Part shown: in pieces, positions 47,101 through 59,500 of the stretch
Layout: each line of letters begins with the position of its first letter
Numbering within the stretch: the stretch's first letter is position 1
Source of the DNA: Podarcis liolepis
Taxonomy: Eukaryota
DNA length: 64,000 nucleotides
Assembly: GCA_965112155.1 (NCBI GenBank)
Contig: OZ218104.1
Direction: 5' to 3' (one strand)
Notes under the pieces: generated by a model
What the model was told of the DNA's origin: nothing
The model's database searches: none
Seen by the model: the letters and a program-made list of their open reading frames with translations, nothing else
Position numbers and translations under genes: made by a program

Positions 47101-50100
47101 CTCAGCGGCAGAGCACCTGCTCTGCATGCAGAAAGTCCTGGAAAATAAGAGAGCGTTGGGAAAAGGCTTTTGCCTCTTTTCTCTTCCTGCTGCACTAGTA
47201 TTCTATTTGCTTAGTGTCTGGGGTTTATTTTGTCTTGTGCCTAGGGGAGCATTCAAAAATGCAATTCCCTGCCTGCCCTCTAAATGGGTCCAGTCCATTC
47301 TGCCACCTTGGTCCCAATTTCTCCTCTTGCTGCATGCAGACCCATTCTTGGTTTCTTGGCCTGCAAGTTGCCCACCTATGATCTTTTTTTAGCTTTTGCC
47401 ACATGGTTGGTGGAAAAGCAAGGCAGTTCCAGGGCAGCTTCTTCATCTTTTCTCCTCCCCACCCCAAGCTTCTCCTTCTGATTCTCCTTCCTTCCCCGGT
47501 TACCTAAAACATCAGTTTCAGGCAACTAGTGGTGGGGCGATGTAGCGGTATGAGAGGCTGTTTCTAGGTGACCATGTGTTCTCTCTTCCTGCTTCTAGGC
47601 TCTCCAGAATGAGGGGAGGTTTTGCATCTGCAGCTCCACCCCCCCCCCCTCTAGGCAGAAATGTGGTCTGTTACCTACAAGAGGAGAAGTAAGAACATAC
47701 ATGGTGACTGGTATTCAAAGAGACACTTCTAGGGCCCATGTGTATTGAGCTGGCATCTCATTTGCTGATCTTGTGCCATATTTATTTAAAAGTATCCTAC
47801 TGACCCATTGACAGCTCCTTTAGTAGGACGATGCACTCAGGCTGAAAACAGATGTTGCAGACTGGGTAGTTCAACTCAGTCAGTGTGAGAATGCTGGTAA
47901 TTGGAAATGCTGCCATTGTAGTGCTGGGTTAGAAGTTGGGCAAGGTGAATGAAGCCATTCTGTGGGTGGTTTAAAACACACACACGCTAGTCCAGGGGGA
48001 TTTCTGGCAGTTAACTCTTCCTCCAGAGATGTTGGGTGATGGGTGGATACTTCCTGCTGCACAGGATCATGCCCCTCTATGATAGATCACTTTGAGATTC
48101 AGATTGGTGTAAGCAGTCTACAAATGCACATTTGCACACAACCAAGATGGATTTGTTTCCATCTTTACATGGAAGTTGCCAGCCATCTGGAACCTGAGGA
48201 TGCAGCTTTCTGAGCAACATCCAGGTTGCCATCAGAGCATCCAGCAGACACAACTGTAGTGAACTCCTCTCTTCATGATTAATGTTTTAGAAGGATGTGA
48301 TGCATGGGGGTGTGGTGCAGAAAGAGAGCTCATTGCATCATGCTCTTGATTCCAGCAAGTGCCCTGATAGTGATGCGGGTGTGGGTATGTGTGTTGCAAA
48401 TAAAAGTTTGCCTTATGGAATAGACCAGAGACATTATAGCATTAATGCAAAGAAAGGGTATGCTGTGGTTGGCAGTATGATATGCCCTGGACGATAGTTT
48501 GGGACAGTGCATTAGTATAGGATTTGCTCTAGAACTGTCATCAGCTGCTGGAGTGCAACAGTTTTGACTATTTCAACCTGACCTGACTATTGTGGAATCT
48601 GGAGTGGGGCCAGCAATATGTGTTGTCTACACCGAGAGAGTGAGGGATGGGTTCACCCTTTGCATGGTGAAGTTTGCCATGTGTACACTAAAGTAAGGAG
48701 ATGGTGTACCTGGAAGCCATAGAGGTTGGGAAGCAGGAGCAAGCAAGCTGTCCTGGGGATAGATATTATTGAATGCCTTTAATAAGTGGGTCAAGGCACA
48801 TGGTTGTGGGGAAAGCATGTCTTGAGGGTTGTGTGTTACTGACTGGGGATGGTGGTGAGCAGGTCCTTCCTAACCACACATGTGCCAGTCAGTTGAGCAT
48901 GAAAAACAAATTCCATTTTGCAAGCCTCTTTGGGTCCATTTTTCTTGCATGACATTGAACTCCTAGGAAACCAATTTACTGGCCTTTTGGTCCAAAGGCT
49001 TGTGAGGCAGCAACCCTGCAAAAGGTCTGAGTCTGGTCCCTGCCTGGATGGAAGACCACCTGGGATGCCTATGTATGCTATTCTCAAGATTTTCCAGGTA
49101 AAGGAAAGGGGTGATACAAATGTAATGACAATTAGGAAGCTTCTCCTGTCCTCAGTACAGCCTGGCAGCCAGCCTGAGAACGCGTGTGGGTGTGGAGAGG
49201 AGATCTGGTAATGAATCAGCACTGGGGAAACATGATTTCACTGAGCCACTTTGAAATCCATTGGAATTAACATGGCAACATTTGACAACCCTATGAATCT
49301 GGGGCCCTGTATACATTTGTTTCCATGTTTTTCTGTTAAATCACTAGGACTTGAAAGTTTCTTTCTTAATGTAAACTGATGAGAATTCAAGATCCCTGGC
49401 CACCTACAGCTCATGTGCTTTTGTTGTTGATTTTTAGTGAATGGCGTTCCTCTTTCTCTTGCAGGGCATTGATTTCTGCCCCGGCCAAAATGTTTCTGGA
49501 GTAACGACCCATGACCAAGAGGAGCACTCCAAGCTTCCACTTCTGTTTCACTTGGGAAAGGACCCTGGGGAAAAGTATCCAATAAGGTAAGGCAGGCATG
49601 TGATCGGAAACACAAGTGGTGTTCTTGAGGTGAACACCAGCCTCACAAGAGAGCAAGGTGAACTAGTCAAGCACAGCATCCCTTTTAACTGGCTTGTCCT
49701 TTCTCTGTGGGAATGAATGAAAGCTTTTGAGCATCACAGAATTGTTCAGCAGCAGCATACAAAGCCAGGCTGACCAGGGCCTGCCATACCATGAGGCAGA
49801 GGAAGGCGGGCATCTCAGGCAGCTGGTGCTGAGATGCAGGGAGCCACAGCAAGGGGCCGGGGCTTTGTGTACAATGCACAGCCTGCTCTGTGGTAGACCA
49901 TGGTGTCCCACTGCCAGTGCTGAACTAAAATTCGGCTGCCAGCCGGGTCTGCTTCTGGACTTGGAAAGCGGGGGATGAGGGTGGCATCTTATCTTTTGCC
50001 TCAGGCAGCAAAATGTCTTGGGCTGGTCCTGAAGTTGACAGACAGCATCTATGCTTTTAATAACAAGGCTTCTGGGAAGCTCAGAATGAAAGTGTGAAAG

Positions 50101-53100
50101 AAGCAAGTTGGATCAAAATGCATTATCCTGACAGCACTGCAGCTGTACAGCTCTCTGACAAGCAGGTAAAATGAACTAAAACCAACAGAACTGGATTTTT
50201 AATGGCTGCAGACAAAGACAGCTCTCCTGTGGGGTGAAATGTGAGGGAGCTGTCTCAGGTGGTAGATTCTGAATGCCATTAAGTAGAAAGCGAGGGCATA
50301 TCTGACCTGTGGAACAACGCCTCCCCTCCAGTTGGTTCTTCTTTGCAAGCCCCCTCAACCTTAATTAGAGCCGTGCAAGAGGTCTTGACCTCCTTCCAGC
50401 CAAGTGGCCCCAGACTTCCATGCTGCAATCTGGTTTCAAGGCCCTGAGGAGACAGGGAGGGGATCTGCAGTTTTAGGGGATGCGGGCGGAAGGCTCTTTG
50501 CAGAGAAGGCCCCTGAAAGCAACATGCTTGGAGTTATAATAGTGCTCTGAATGCTCCCCCCACCCTCCCGCTTTCAGCCCCGAGGGTGTTTTTGATGAAG
50601 AGTATAATCATGAAGACTGTCTCCTTGGTAGCAATCATCTTAATGTCAGAGCTGGGAGCCCTCTTGGTGGCGAAGAGGAAGGGTTGTAGCTCAGCAGCAG
50701 ATGGTGCAGTATGCAAGCGCCAGGTCCCCAGTTCAGTCCTTGCATCTCCAGGATCAGGCCATAGGTGATGGGAAAGACTCTGCCTGACACCCTGGAGAGT
50801 CACTGGCAGCCAGAGCAGATGATATGTGGACTAGGTGAAGAAATATTCTGTGCTGGGAAAAGGCAGCTTTCCATGTTCCTAAGGAACTTGGCATGTTTGT
50901 GTAGCCAGAAGCTATTCAAGATAGGTTTCACTTATCCCTAAGATTAAATCCATGCTCCATTAAAGGGTTTAAGACATCCTTCTGCCTGCCTTTTGCCCTC
51001 ACCTGAGGCCACTGAAAGGCAGGGTGTGAACTGAGAGTCTGTGGCAGCTCTGTGGTAAGCATATTTTCATGCCTGCCTCTTCCCTATGAAATGGCAGGTG
51101 AGCCTGGGATTCTAGCAGCCACCAGGAGTAGCTGCAGAGAGGCACATGAGGTTGCATTGGCAATGGAGCAAAAGAGCCTTGGCGGATCACTTGGAAAGCT
51201 TGGGCGGGTTTTCTCACGAGGTGCCGGAGTGTACCATCTGCTTTCCCTGAAACAAATCCTGTTTACAAAATGGAGCGTTAAGGAGAGAGGAAACGGGCGT
51301 TGTTGGCTCCACCTGCACCAAAGTGGCTTTTACAGCAAGGTGCTCTTGGAACTGACAGGGCTGCAATTACCCATCCCTTCTAAATAGCGGAGCACTTGCG
51401 CTCACTCCATTACTGTCCTAGCAGAATCACGTGACTGTGCTGCCCACTAAGTGTTCTCTGCTGGGGAGGAAAGGAAAAAGAGACGCTGGTCCTATCCTTG
51501 GAGTGAATAAGACCTTCCTGCTCTTCAGCCCTAATGAATTCTTTTTGCAGTTGATTTTTCTGGCTTGAGTGTTGCTGGTTCACATTGCACTAACTGCAGG
51601 GGCAGGCAGTGCGGGAGTGAATCATGAGCTGGAGAAGTATAGCTGACTTATAGGTTTTAATGTGCACATAATTTGCGTAAACTCTGCATATAGAGATGCT
51701 GTCATTGGGAGTGGGGGGTGAAATAATTCCATCTTTGATCTCGCTGTGGTTCTTATTGGAATCACCAATTCTGGCACAAACTCAAAATTATTCATAACCT
51801 CTTTTGACCCAACTTATTAGCCAAAAAGGCTCCCAGAGCTGTTTACAAAGATTAGTAGTAAGACAACCAATCTGAAATGCATTACTTGCAAGGAAAAACT
51901 GATGAGGAGGGAGGAGGAAAAAAGGAAGGCCAGGCACCAGTTTTTCAAGTTTCAGTACTTGTGATGACCCACTGGGAAGGAAACAGGGTAGCCTGACAAT
52001 ATGACTTTCTCTCGCTCACCTTGAGGGTGGTTTTGTTTCTCTCCTTTCCTTCTCTCATTCTCTGAAGCATTTTGGTTGCACCAGTCAGAAAGAACGCTGT
52101 TCCCCTTTCCCAGAGAGTTGGGTGTTGCTTGTGAGCTTCCCAGAGGGGCACTGTGAGAACAGGGTACTGGGCCAGATGGGGCTTTGGTCTGATCCAGCAG
52201 GGCCATTCTTAAGTTCTTAACCTAATTTGGATCTGCAGATTCCTCTTGACTTAAAGGCTATAGTTATATTCATAGGTGTGATTTAAGTGAAGAGAAACTT
52301 AACATTTCAGTAGGCAGCTATGTACAGGTATTAATTTATATTGATAATCGTTTATGCAATACTATTTCTTTTTTTTGTCAAGACCATGCATAGTCCACAC
52401 TAGAAGCAGAAATTGTCTACCAAGCGAACCCACATCCAAAGACAGATCATAATGTTTTGCTGCCTGAAGTGCGACCTCTGCTATGACCAATACTCTAAAA
52501 TGTCTTGTTGCATCTTTTCATATACAAGTTCCTGCCTTCATCTATCCCACCACCGCCCAGTGCTGCCTAGTAGGGCTGCACTGAGCAACAACTTTGAATG
52601 CTACATTGAGCAACACCTTGAATCTGAGAGCTGAATATTTTATTTATTATTTATTACATTCAGATTCCCATCTTTCTTACAGATTGGGCAGTGAAATTAT
52701 GGCCAGGCCAACTGCACGCAGTGAGCCTCAGGGCTGGCCAGAAAATAGAAATAGCATAGTGGAATCATATTATCATAACATCAGTAACATCTCAAGAAGA
52801 ACTGCCTTGTAAAGAAGTTCAGTTTTTAAAGGCCTGCCTGAACACTATAGGGGCTTCGCAGGTCCTTGCACAACATGCTGCTCACCACACCACACATTGG
52901 TTTTCTGAATACATCATGCCAGTCCAACAGTCTGCATATATAGAATTATTTCTGCAATTCCCCTCCCCCTACAAAAGGAACAACCTGCCATGCTTGGTGC
53001 AGAAGCCCCATCGTACCCACTCTTTTGTGTCCTGTTGGGCCCCCAGGCATGGCCCCAATGTTGTCAAGTTTATCTTACCAACCACAAGAGCTGGAAGCTT

Positions 53101-54320
53101 CCTTTCAAAAAGAAAAAGCTATGGCTGTCGGTATGCTGAATTCTGCACCCAGCAGCAAATCCCAGGCGTCCCAGTCCTGCAAGTGTAACACAAAGAGCTC
53201 CAGATTACTTTTGTGCTTTGGGCTGAGGGGTTTTCCTTTCAAAATCCAAGCTACTTGGATCCAGATTTGGGAGCTCTCTCTCTGCAGGGCATCCCCTGCC
53301 TTGTCATCTAATTGGAAAACCGCCCTTTCTGAGTTGAGCTGCATTCCATTGTTTTCATCTGCAGCCATTTCTCATCTGGCTCCCTTGCTTTCCAAACACC
53401 CGGCAAGCTATTGTCTTGATTGAATTTTATGGGGAGATTATGACACGATTATGGCGAAATGATGTTTTAATATGCAGGGCATAATAGAAAGGCGCACATT
53501 CTCTCTCTCTCTCTTTAAATAAATATAATAATAAACCAAATGAAAGTTCATTTGGGAAGCTCTCTAATGTTTATATCCTCTCATATCTCCGGTCACATTG
53601 GAAGCCTTGTGGAAAGGAGGTCTCCCCTTCTTTGTGGGTAATTAAATTATCCTCATTTGCAGAGATGTTACTAGTGTGGCGGGTGCGTATTTTTGATTTG
53701 CCTTAATTATCCCCCTTGGCAGCCTGCCTGTTGGGAGTCCCTGTATTAGTGCTTCTCAGAGGGAGAGCAAGTGTTTTCTTGCCCAGGCATAATTTCACTC
53801 GAAAGATGGGTACCAGCAAGGGCCTTGCAAGCAGAGGAACAAAAATGGGCTTGTCGGTGATTCTGTCCACAGAATATGGGGAGGACCTGCCTGTCTGTGG
53901 GGATGCTGTAAACCTGAGCTCACTGTATTGCACATACCACTGAACATAAGAAGATCCCCAAAGCTGGATCAGGCCATGGGTCCCTCATAGTCCAGCATAG
54001 TTCATGCTCTCTCTCTTTGTAGTCTCAGGGTTCCAAGCTGTTCTCCCAGTGTCTAGGTCTGTGGAAGAGTGGTGTTGTTTTTTAAATGACAGCCTGTCTT
54101 GGAATAAAATATAAAATGGGGAGAAAATAGGTGAGGTGATGTCTATATTATGCCAACTTGCATTGCTATGCATCTTAAGTTTTTATCGGTGGGAAATGCT
54201 TTCTCCAGCAAAGACTCCTATGTTACCAGATCCTTCTTTGTTTTGTCTTGAGTCAGGGGGTGAGGCACACAACTCATTGCAGATGGAAAGAGCTGCACCA
54301 CCTGGCTTTGCAGGCATTTG

Positions 54321-54371
<51 letters not shown>

Positions 54372-56474
54372 TACGCAGATACTTAAACAAAGGAAGAGAG
54401 AAATACAAAAAAGCTATATATATATTTACAGCTTGGCTTCTCATCATTCAGATTCAGTAACCTCAGACAGTTCTGTGAAGCTGGAAAGGGGAGTGTAAAG
54501 GCTCAAAGATTAAGATCATCATAGCCCAGGGAGGGAGGCAATATATTAACACCAGCTCCTTCCTTCCAGCCCCAAACTGAGTTTTCACGGCAGGCCACGG
54601 CGGGGTTAACAATGGAGTGAGTTGTGTACAGATTTTGCTTGGAGTGGGAGGGCAATGAGAACAGATTGCAGAAGCACAATTACGCTAAATGAACTAAACA
54701 CACGCCACACCTGTGCCTGGGACCTTGCGCCTCCAATCCATCCCTGATTGGCTCTCCGGGGACTTCCTGGAGGTAAAGTGTCAATTAGTGTAATGACCCT
54801 GGACTCTGTCCACTCTGCTCCTTCATCCTGAGCGTGGAATAATTCTGCGTACACAGGGGGAATCTCTCCGAGCAAACTCCTCACAACACCACCTGCTCAC
54901 CCTGGCGCGCTCTTCCCTCTCATTCTTCCACTGCAATTCCCATCCTCCCTTTGGCAGGCTTGAAGAGACGGAATACAAATTTAGGGCGGCCCAGGGGCAA
55001 AGCAGCCTGTCAGTTTGCTTAGACAATAGGCGTTCCAAACACCTGTACAGGCATAGCACCAGCAGCAGCATGAAAATTGCTGTGGATTCTGGTCATTCTT
55101 TCCCTCATGATTCTTTTTCCTCCCTTGGATAATGCAGAGGTGGGCATGACCAAGCAGCTTTTCTTTGCAGAGCAGGGGGTATTGTACATCCCATATGCAA
55201 TCTATATGTGCACCAGCCTGTTAACCAGTTCAAAAAGCTGATGAGGATAAGTGCAGGAGAAGACAATATCTCTACAATCTGCGCTGCTGGCTCTCTGCTT
55301 TTGTGTGGGAAGATTTCCTGTGTGCACCCCAGTGAAATAAACAGCCTCCATCACCCAGTGCTGGCTGATGCCCATGTTCCCTGCTTTTATTAAACTTGAC
55401 AGCAATGTCTGGTGGGCAGCTGTAAGAAGACAGACAGGTGAGGTTAGTGCGCCATTGCCTTGCTCCATTGTGGCTCGACTTGGCCTTGCATAGCACTGCA
55501 CGGGAGTGAAAAATTGGGGAAGAGCAAAGCAGCTGTGAGCTGTTCTCCAGGAGCCTGTAAATTTGCACAGTTCCAGTAAGCCATAATTTGGCACATGAAC
55601 CAGGCCGTTGCCTCTTTCTGTGTGTGTTAATACTATATGATAATAATACAATACTATAGATCTTGCTCTACTTATTTTTCCCCATTGCCAGTTGTTGGGA
55701 ATGACTTGCACTGTTCTTTCTTTGTGTGCATATAAATTTTATGCTCACATTACTAATTTCTTGAAATGCCTTTGCATTTGTTTTCAGTGCCACAACAGTC
55801 TGTTTGATGCAACAGATCAACAGGGCTACCCCTCTTAAAAAGTGGGATAGTGGGTTCAGATCAAAGCAGGCCCCTATTTTCCAGAGACTTCAGCAACCTG
55901 TTCTCACAGTGGCTAAGCAGATTCCTACAGGAAGCCTACAGGCAGGGACCTGAGCACAACAGATGACCTTAACAGATTGGAGAACTGGGCCAAAACTAAC
56001 AGAATGAATTTCAGTAGGGACAATTGCAAGGTTCTGCACTTAGGCAAAAAGAACCAGCTCCACAAATATAAAATGGGGAACACCTGGATTGCCAGTGGTA
56101 CATGTGAAAAGGATCTAGGGGTCTTAGTAGACCAGAAGTCAAACTTGAGCCAACAGTGTGATGTAGCAGCAAAAGAAGCAAATGCTATTCTAGGGTGCAT
56201 CAACGGATGTATAGTGATCAAGAAAATGGCTAGTAGCCACTGATAGCCGTTGCCTTAAAAGCTTACCTGTATCTGGTTGGCTACTGGGAAGCAAGATCCT
56301 AGGCTAGAGAGACTGCCATTGGGTCTCCTCCAGCAGTTGGTTCTTACGTTCTGTGGCAGAAGAGGTCACAAATTCTCTCTTCGCTGAGATGAAGTCTGTC
56401 ATTGTTCTCCAGAATGCAATTCCTCCTTGCAACCTTCCTTCCACTTTGTTCTGAGCCATGCTTAGATCCATTGG

Positions 56475-56515
<41 letters not shown>

Positions 56516-59500
56516 AAGGCTGCCAAGAAGATATGGTATTTATAGCACTTACTGGAAACCGTTGGCGTGTTCCTCGGTTTCGAATGTGATTGATTTTGGA
56601 GAAGGAAATGCTCTGGAGCCCCCGGGGCCAGTGGGCAGCTCGGACCAGAAGTAAAGGGGGTCCAGGGTCAGGCCTGAGTGGCATTGTTTCTATTTTATCT
56701 CCAAAAGCAATTTGCAGTTCTTTGTTTCCTAAGTGACTCTTAATATGATGGACAAAATGAGATCACTGGGTATTAATCCTCCATTTAAGAAGTACTTGAA
56801 GTAATACCACAGTGAAAGGGAACGTTAAGCCACTTAAACAAATACCTGCTGAAGTTTATAATCCTGATAAGAGTAAGGGGTGGGTTGTTGGGGTGGGGGA
56901 GAGTGGGAGAGTGGGAAGGGGCCTGGTTTCCTGCTCCTCCTTAACATTCACAGGCGAGTCAGTGAAAGCCCTCTTGTGTGAAAACAATGCAAGGTGTCCA
57001 ACCTTGTCTTCGTCTTCTCCATCATCTCTCACCCATCTTCAAGTTCCCTCCATCATCTTCTGTTGCTTGCTTCTTGCATCCGCATAAGCCCTGCTATTAA
57101 TTTTAGATTGTCTACCCATTACATAGGTGGTCATGCTCTTGGCCTTTTGAAATTGTAGCATTGATTAACCTTCATCAGCCCAAATTGCCTCTTGCCACAT
57201 GTTCTGCATATATCCTTCACAACCTTTTCCACTGCATCCGTTACTTTTAATCTTTGCCGTATCCAATTATTAGTTTTTCCAACTTTTTACGATATTTCTA
57301 ACATTGCACGTTCCACGATCTTAGGAAGTTCTAATTCAAGTGACTTTTTGTATAGACCAAAGTCAACCAAGGTAAAGGTCTTCAGTGTGTGTTCCCGTGT
57401 GGGGCACACACATTGCCACATGCTCAGAATTGCTCTCTCCACCTCTCAAAGCTGCTGAAGCCACAATAAGACATCTTGCAACCGAGATCCAGGCTGGATC
57501 TGGATTGGTCATAGCTTTGAACATTTAAACTATATCAGCTTTGGATGATTGCAGTGTCCAAAACAGAAATAAAGATTTGGATCACTTGGTGTTGAGTTGT
57601 TGAAGGTGTTGAAGTAAGTAAGTAAAATATACTCTCGAGATAATATATTCCCTTGAACATGTCAGTGCTTTGCTCACTCTGTGGCAGTAGGGTGGCAGTG
57701 GAGGAATTCACATCTATTTAAATGGGTACCATTCTGTGAAGCATAACTTGAGTCAGTCCACTTTTGTGTTCCTGTGGCATGGAGTCTATGTCTATTACCT
57801 TGGGAGCAGGCAGAGGGTGAGGCAGATGCTGTGATGCTCCCTGTGTATCCACGGCATCTTGGGCCTGCTGAAGGCCAATCTTCGTATTCTATGCTATTCC
57901 TAACAGTGTTTTAAGCATCCAGGTCCAGGAACCATCTGAAAGCATGGTAGCAAGTGTGGTGGGCCCTTAGGGTTGAAGCCGAAGGACTGTTTTTTAAGCT
58001 GTCTAGGTCTGATAATCCCTAATTCAACCATGAAAATGTCAGGCTTGGGAGAACTATGTTGTTGTTTGTAAATTAGAATCCAAGGATCCACCAACCAGAA
58101 CCAGGCTCAGAAAGGTAGTTCAAGGAGCAGAGCCAGTTTTCTGCTGCACACCCCATTAGCCGCTTGCTGGGATGATCTCTGTGTACAAGCTGTCTGTCTA
58201 CCATCTGCCCACTCCTGCCCTAATGTGCGAACTCCATGCATCCACAGCCGTGCAGCAAGTGAAATTTTAATCTAGACTGTGCTGCACCATCTCCAGAGTG
58301 AGCAGAAGTTGTCATTGATGGCTCTCCGCATCTGCCACTCCACATATGGGTTGAGTAACTCAGCACAAGCCACAGCTCCGTGATAGAGCACCTGCTTTGC
58401 CTGCAGAAGTCCCTGGTAGATCTGGTAGCAGGTGGTGAATAGTTGCTGCCAGTCAGAGTTGACGATGCTGGGCTAAATAGTCAAAGAAGTCTAATGTGGT
58501 ATATCACAGCAATCTCCCATCCACCACACCAGGTATGCTAGCATTCCTTGTGTTTACATCTCTGTCGTACCTGATCTCCTTTTTCTGCCTTTCCAGTTTT
58601 TCCAGTGCTGAATACCAAAGTGTTATAGAAAGAATCTCCCCCATCGTCGAGCAGCACAAGGAGACATTGCTACCTGGGCAGCCTCAGCTGAACGTCTGTG
58701 ACAAGGCGGTCATGGTAAGGGATTAAAATGTAAATAAGCATAAAACCCCTTGGTCCTTCATGTAGTCTGTGGAGCTTATCTCCCCTTAGGTTGGGCAACT
58801 CAGAACATCATCTTTCCCTTTTTGCAGGAAGTGCTTCATTTCACTAGGAGTTTATGTAAAAAAAAAAAGTCCATGCATTTCTGTTGTCACTATATCTTCC
58901 TTTGTGAATTCAAAGAGGCAGCAGCACTGAAAGACCAGTTCCATACATATGGAAATGAGCCTGAAAAGTCTCTGTCCATCATCACTGAGGCATCTTTCCT
59001 CTTCTCAGCTTTTGCAGTGCCTAGTATGTGCTTTGGATGCAGTAGGTCTTAGGTTCGACTCCTGGTATCTCCAGGTATGGCTGGGAAATAGCACTGTCTG
59101 AAACTCAGGAGATCTGTTGCCAGTTAGTGTACATGGGACCACAGCACCTTGAAAGAGGTAGAAATTTGACCCTTGCGGTCATAAAATCTAGGAGAGTCCA
59201 ACTCTCTGTGAGAAACTTCAGCTTCTCTGGCAACTGAGGCTTCCATCTGTTTGCCTTGCACCGCTTCCACTCTCCTTCCCTTTACATTTTGGAAGTGATA
59301 GACAGATTATGAAAACCCTGTTAATTGTTCTTTAAGTTGGCTGGAGCCCTCCTTCCAAGAGCTGAATGCCTGCAAAAATGCCCTTTGCTGTGATTGCCAG
59401 GCCATCATTGCCACCTGGTGTTAGCAGTGCAGAATGCAAAGCCTCACTCACCAGCAGCCTCTCGAAAACTATTTCCCCCTGTAGGGCTCTCACATGAAAC

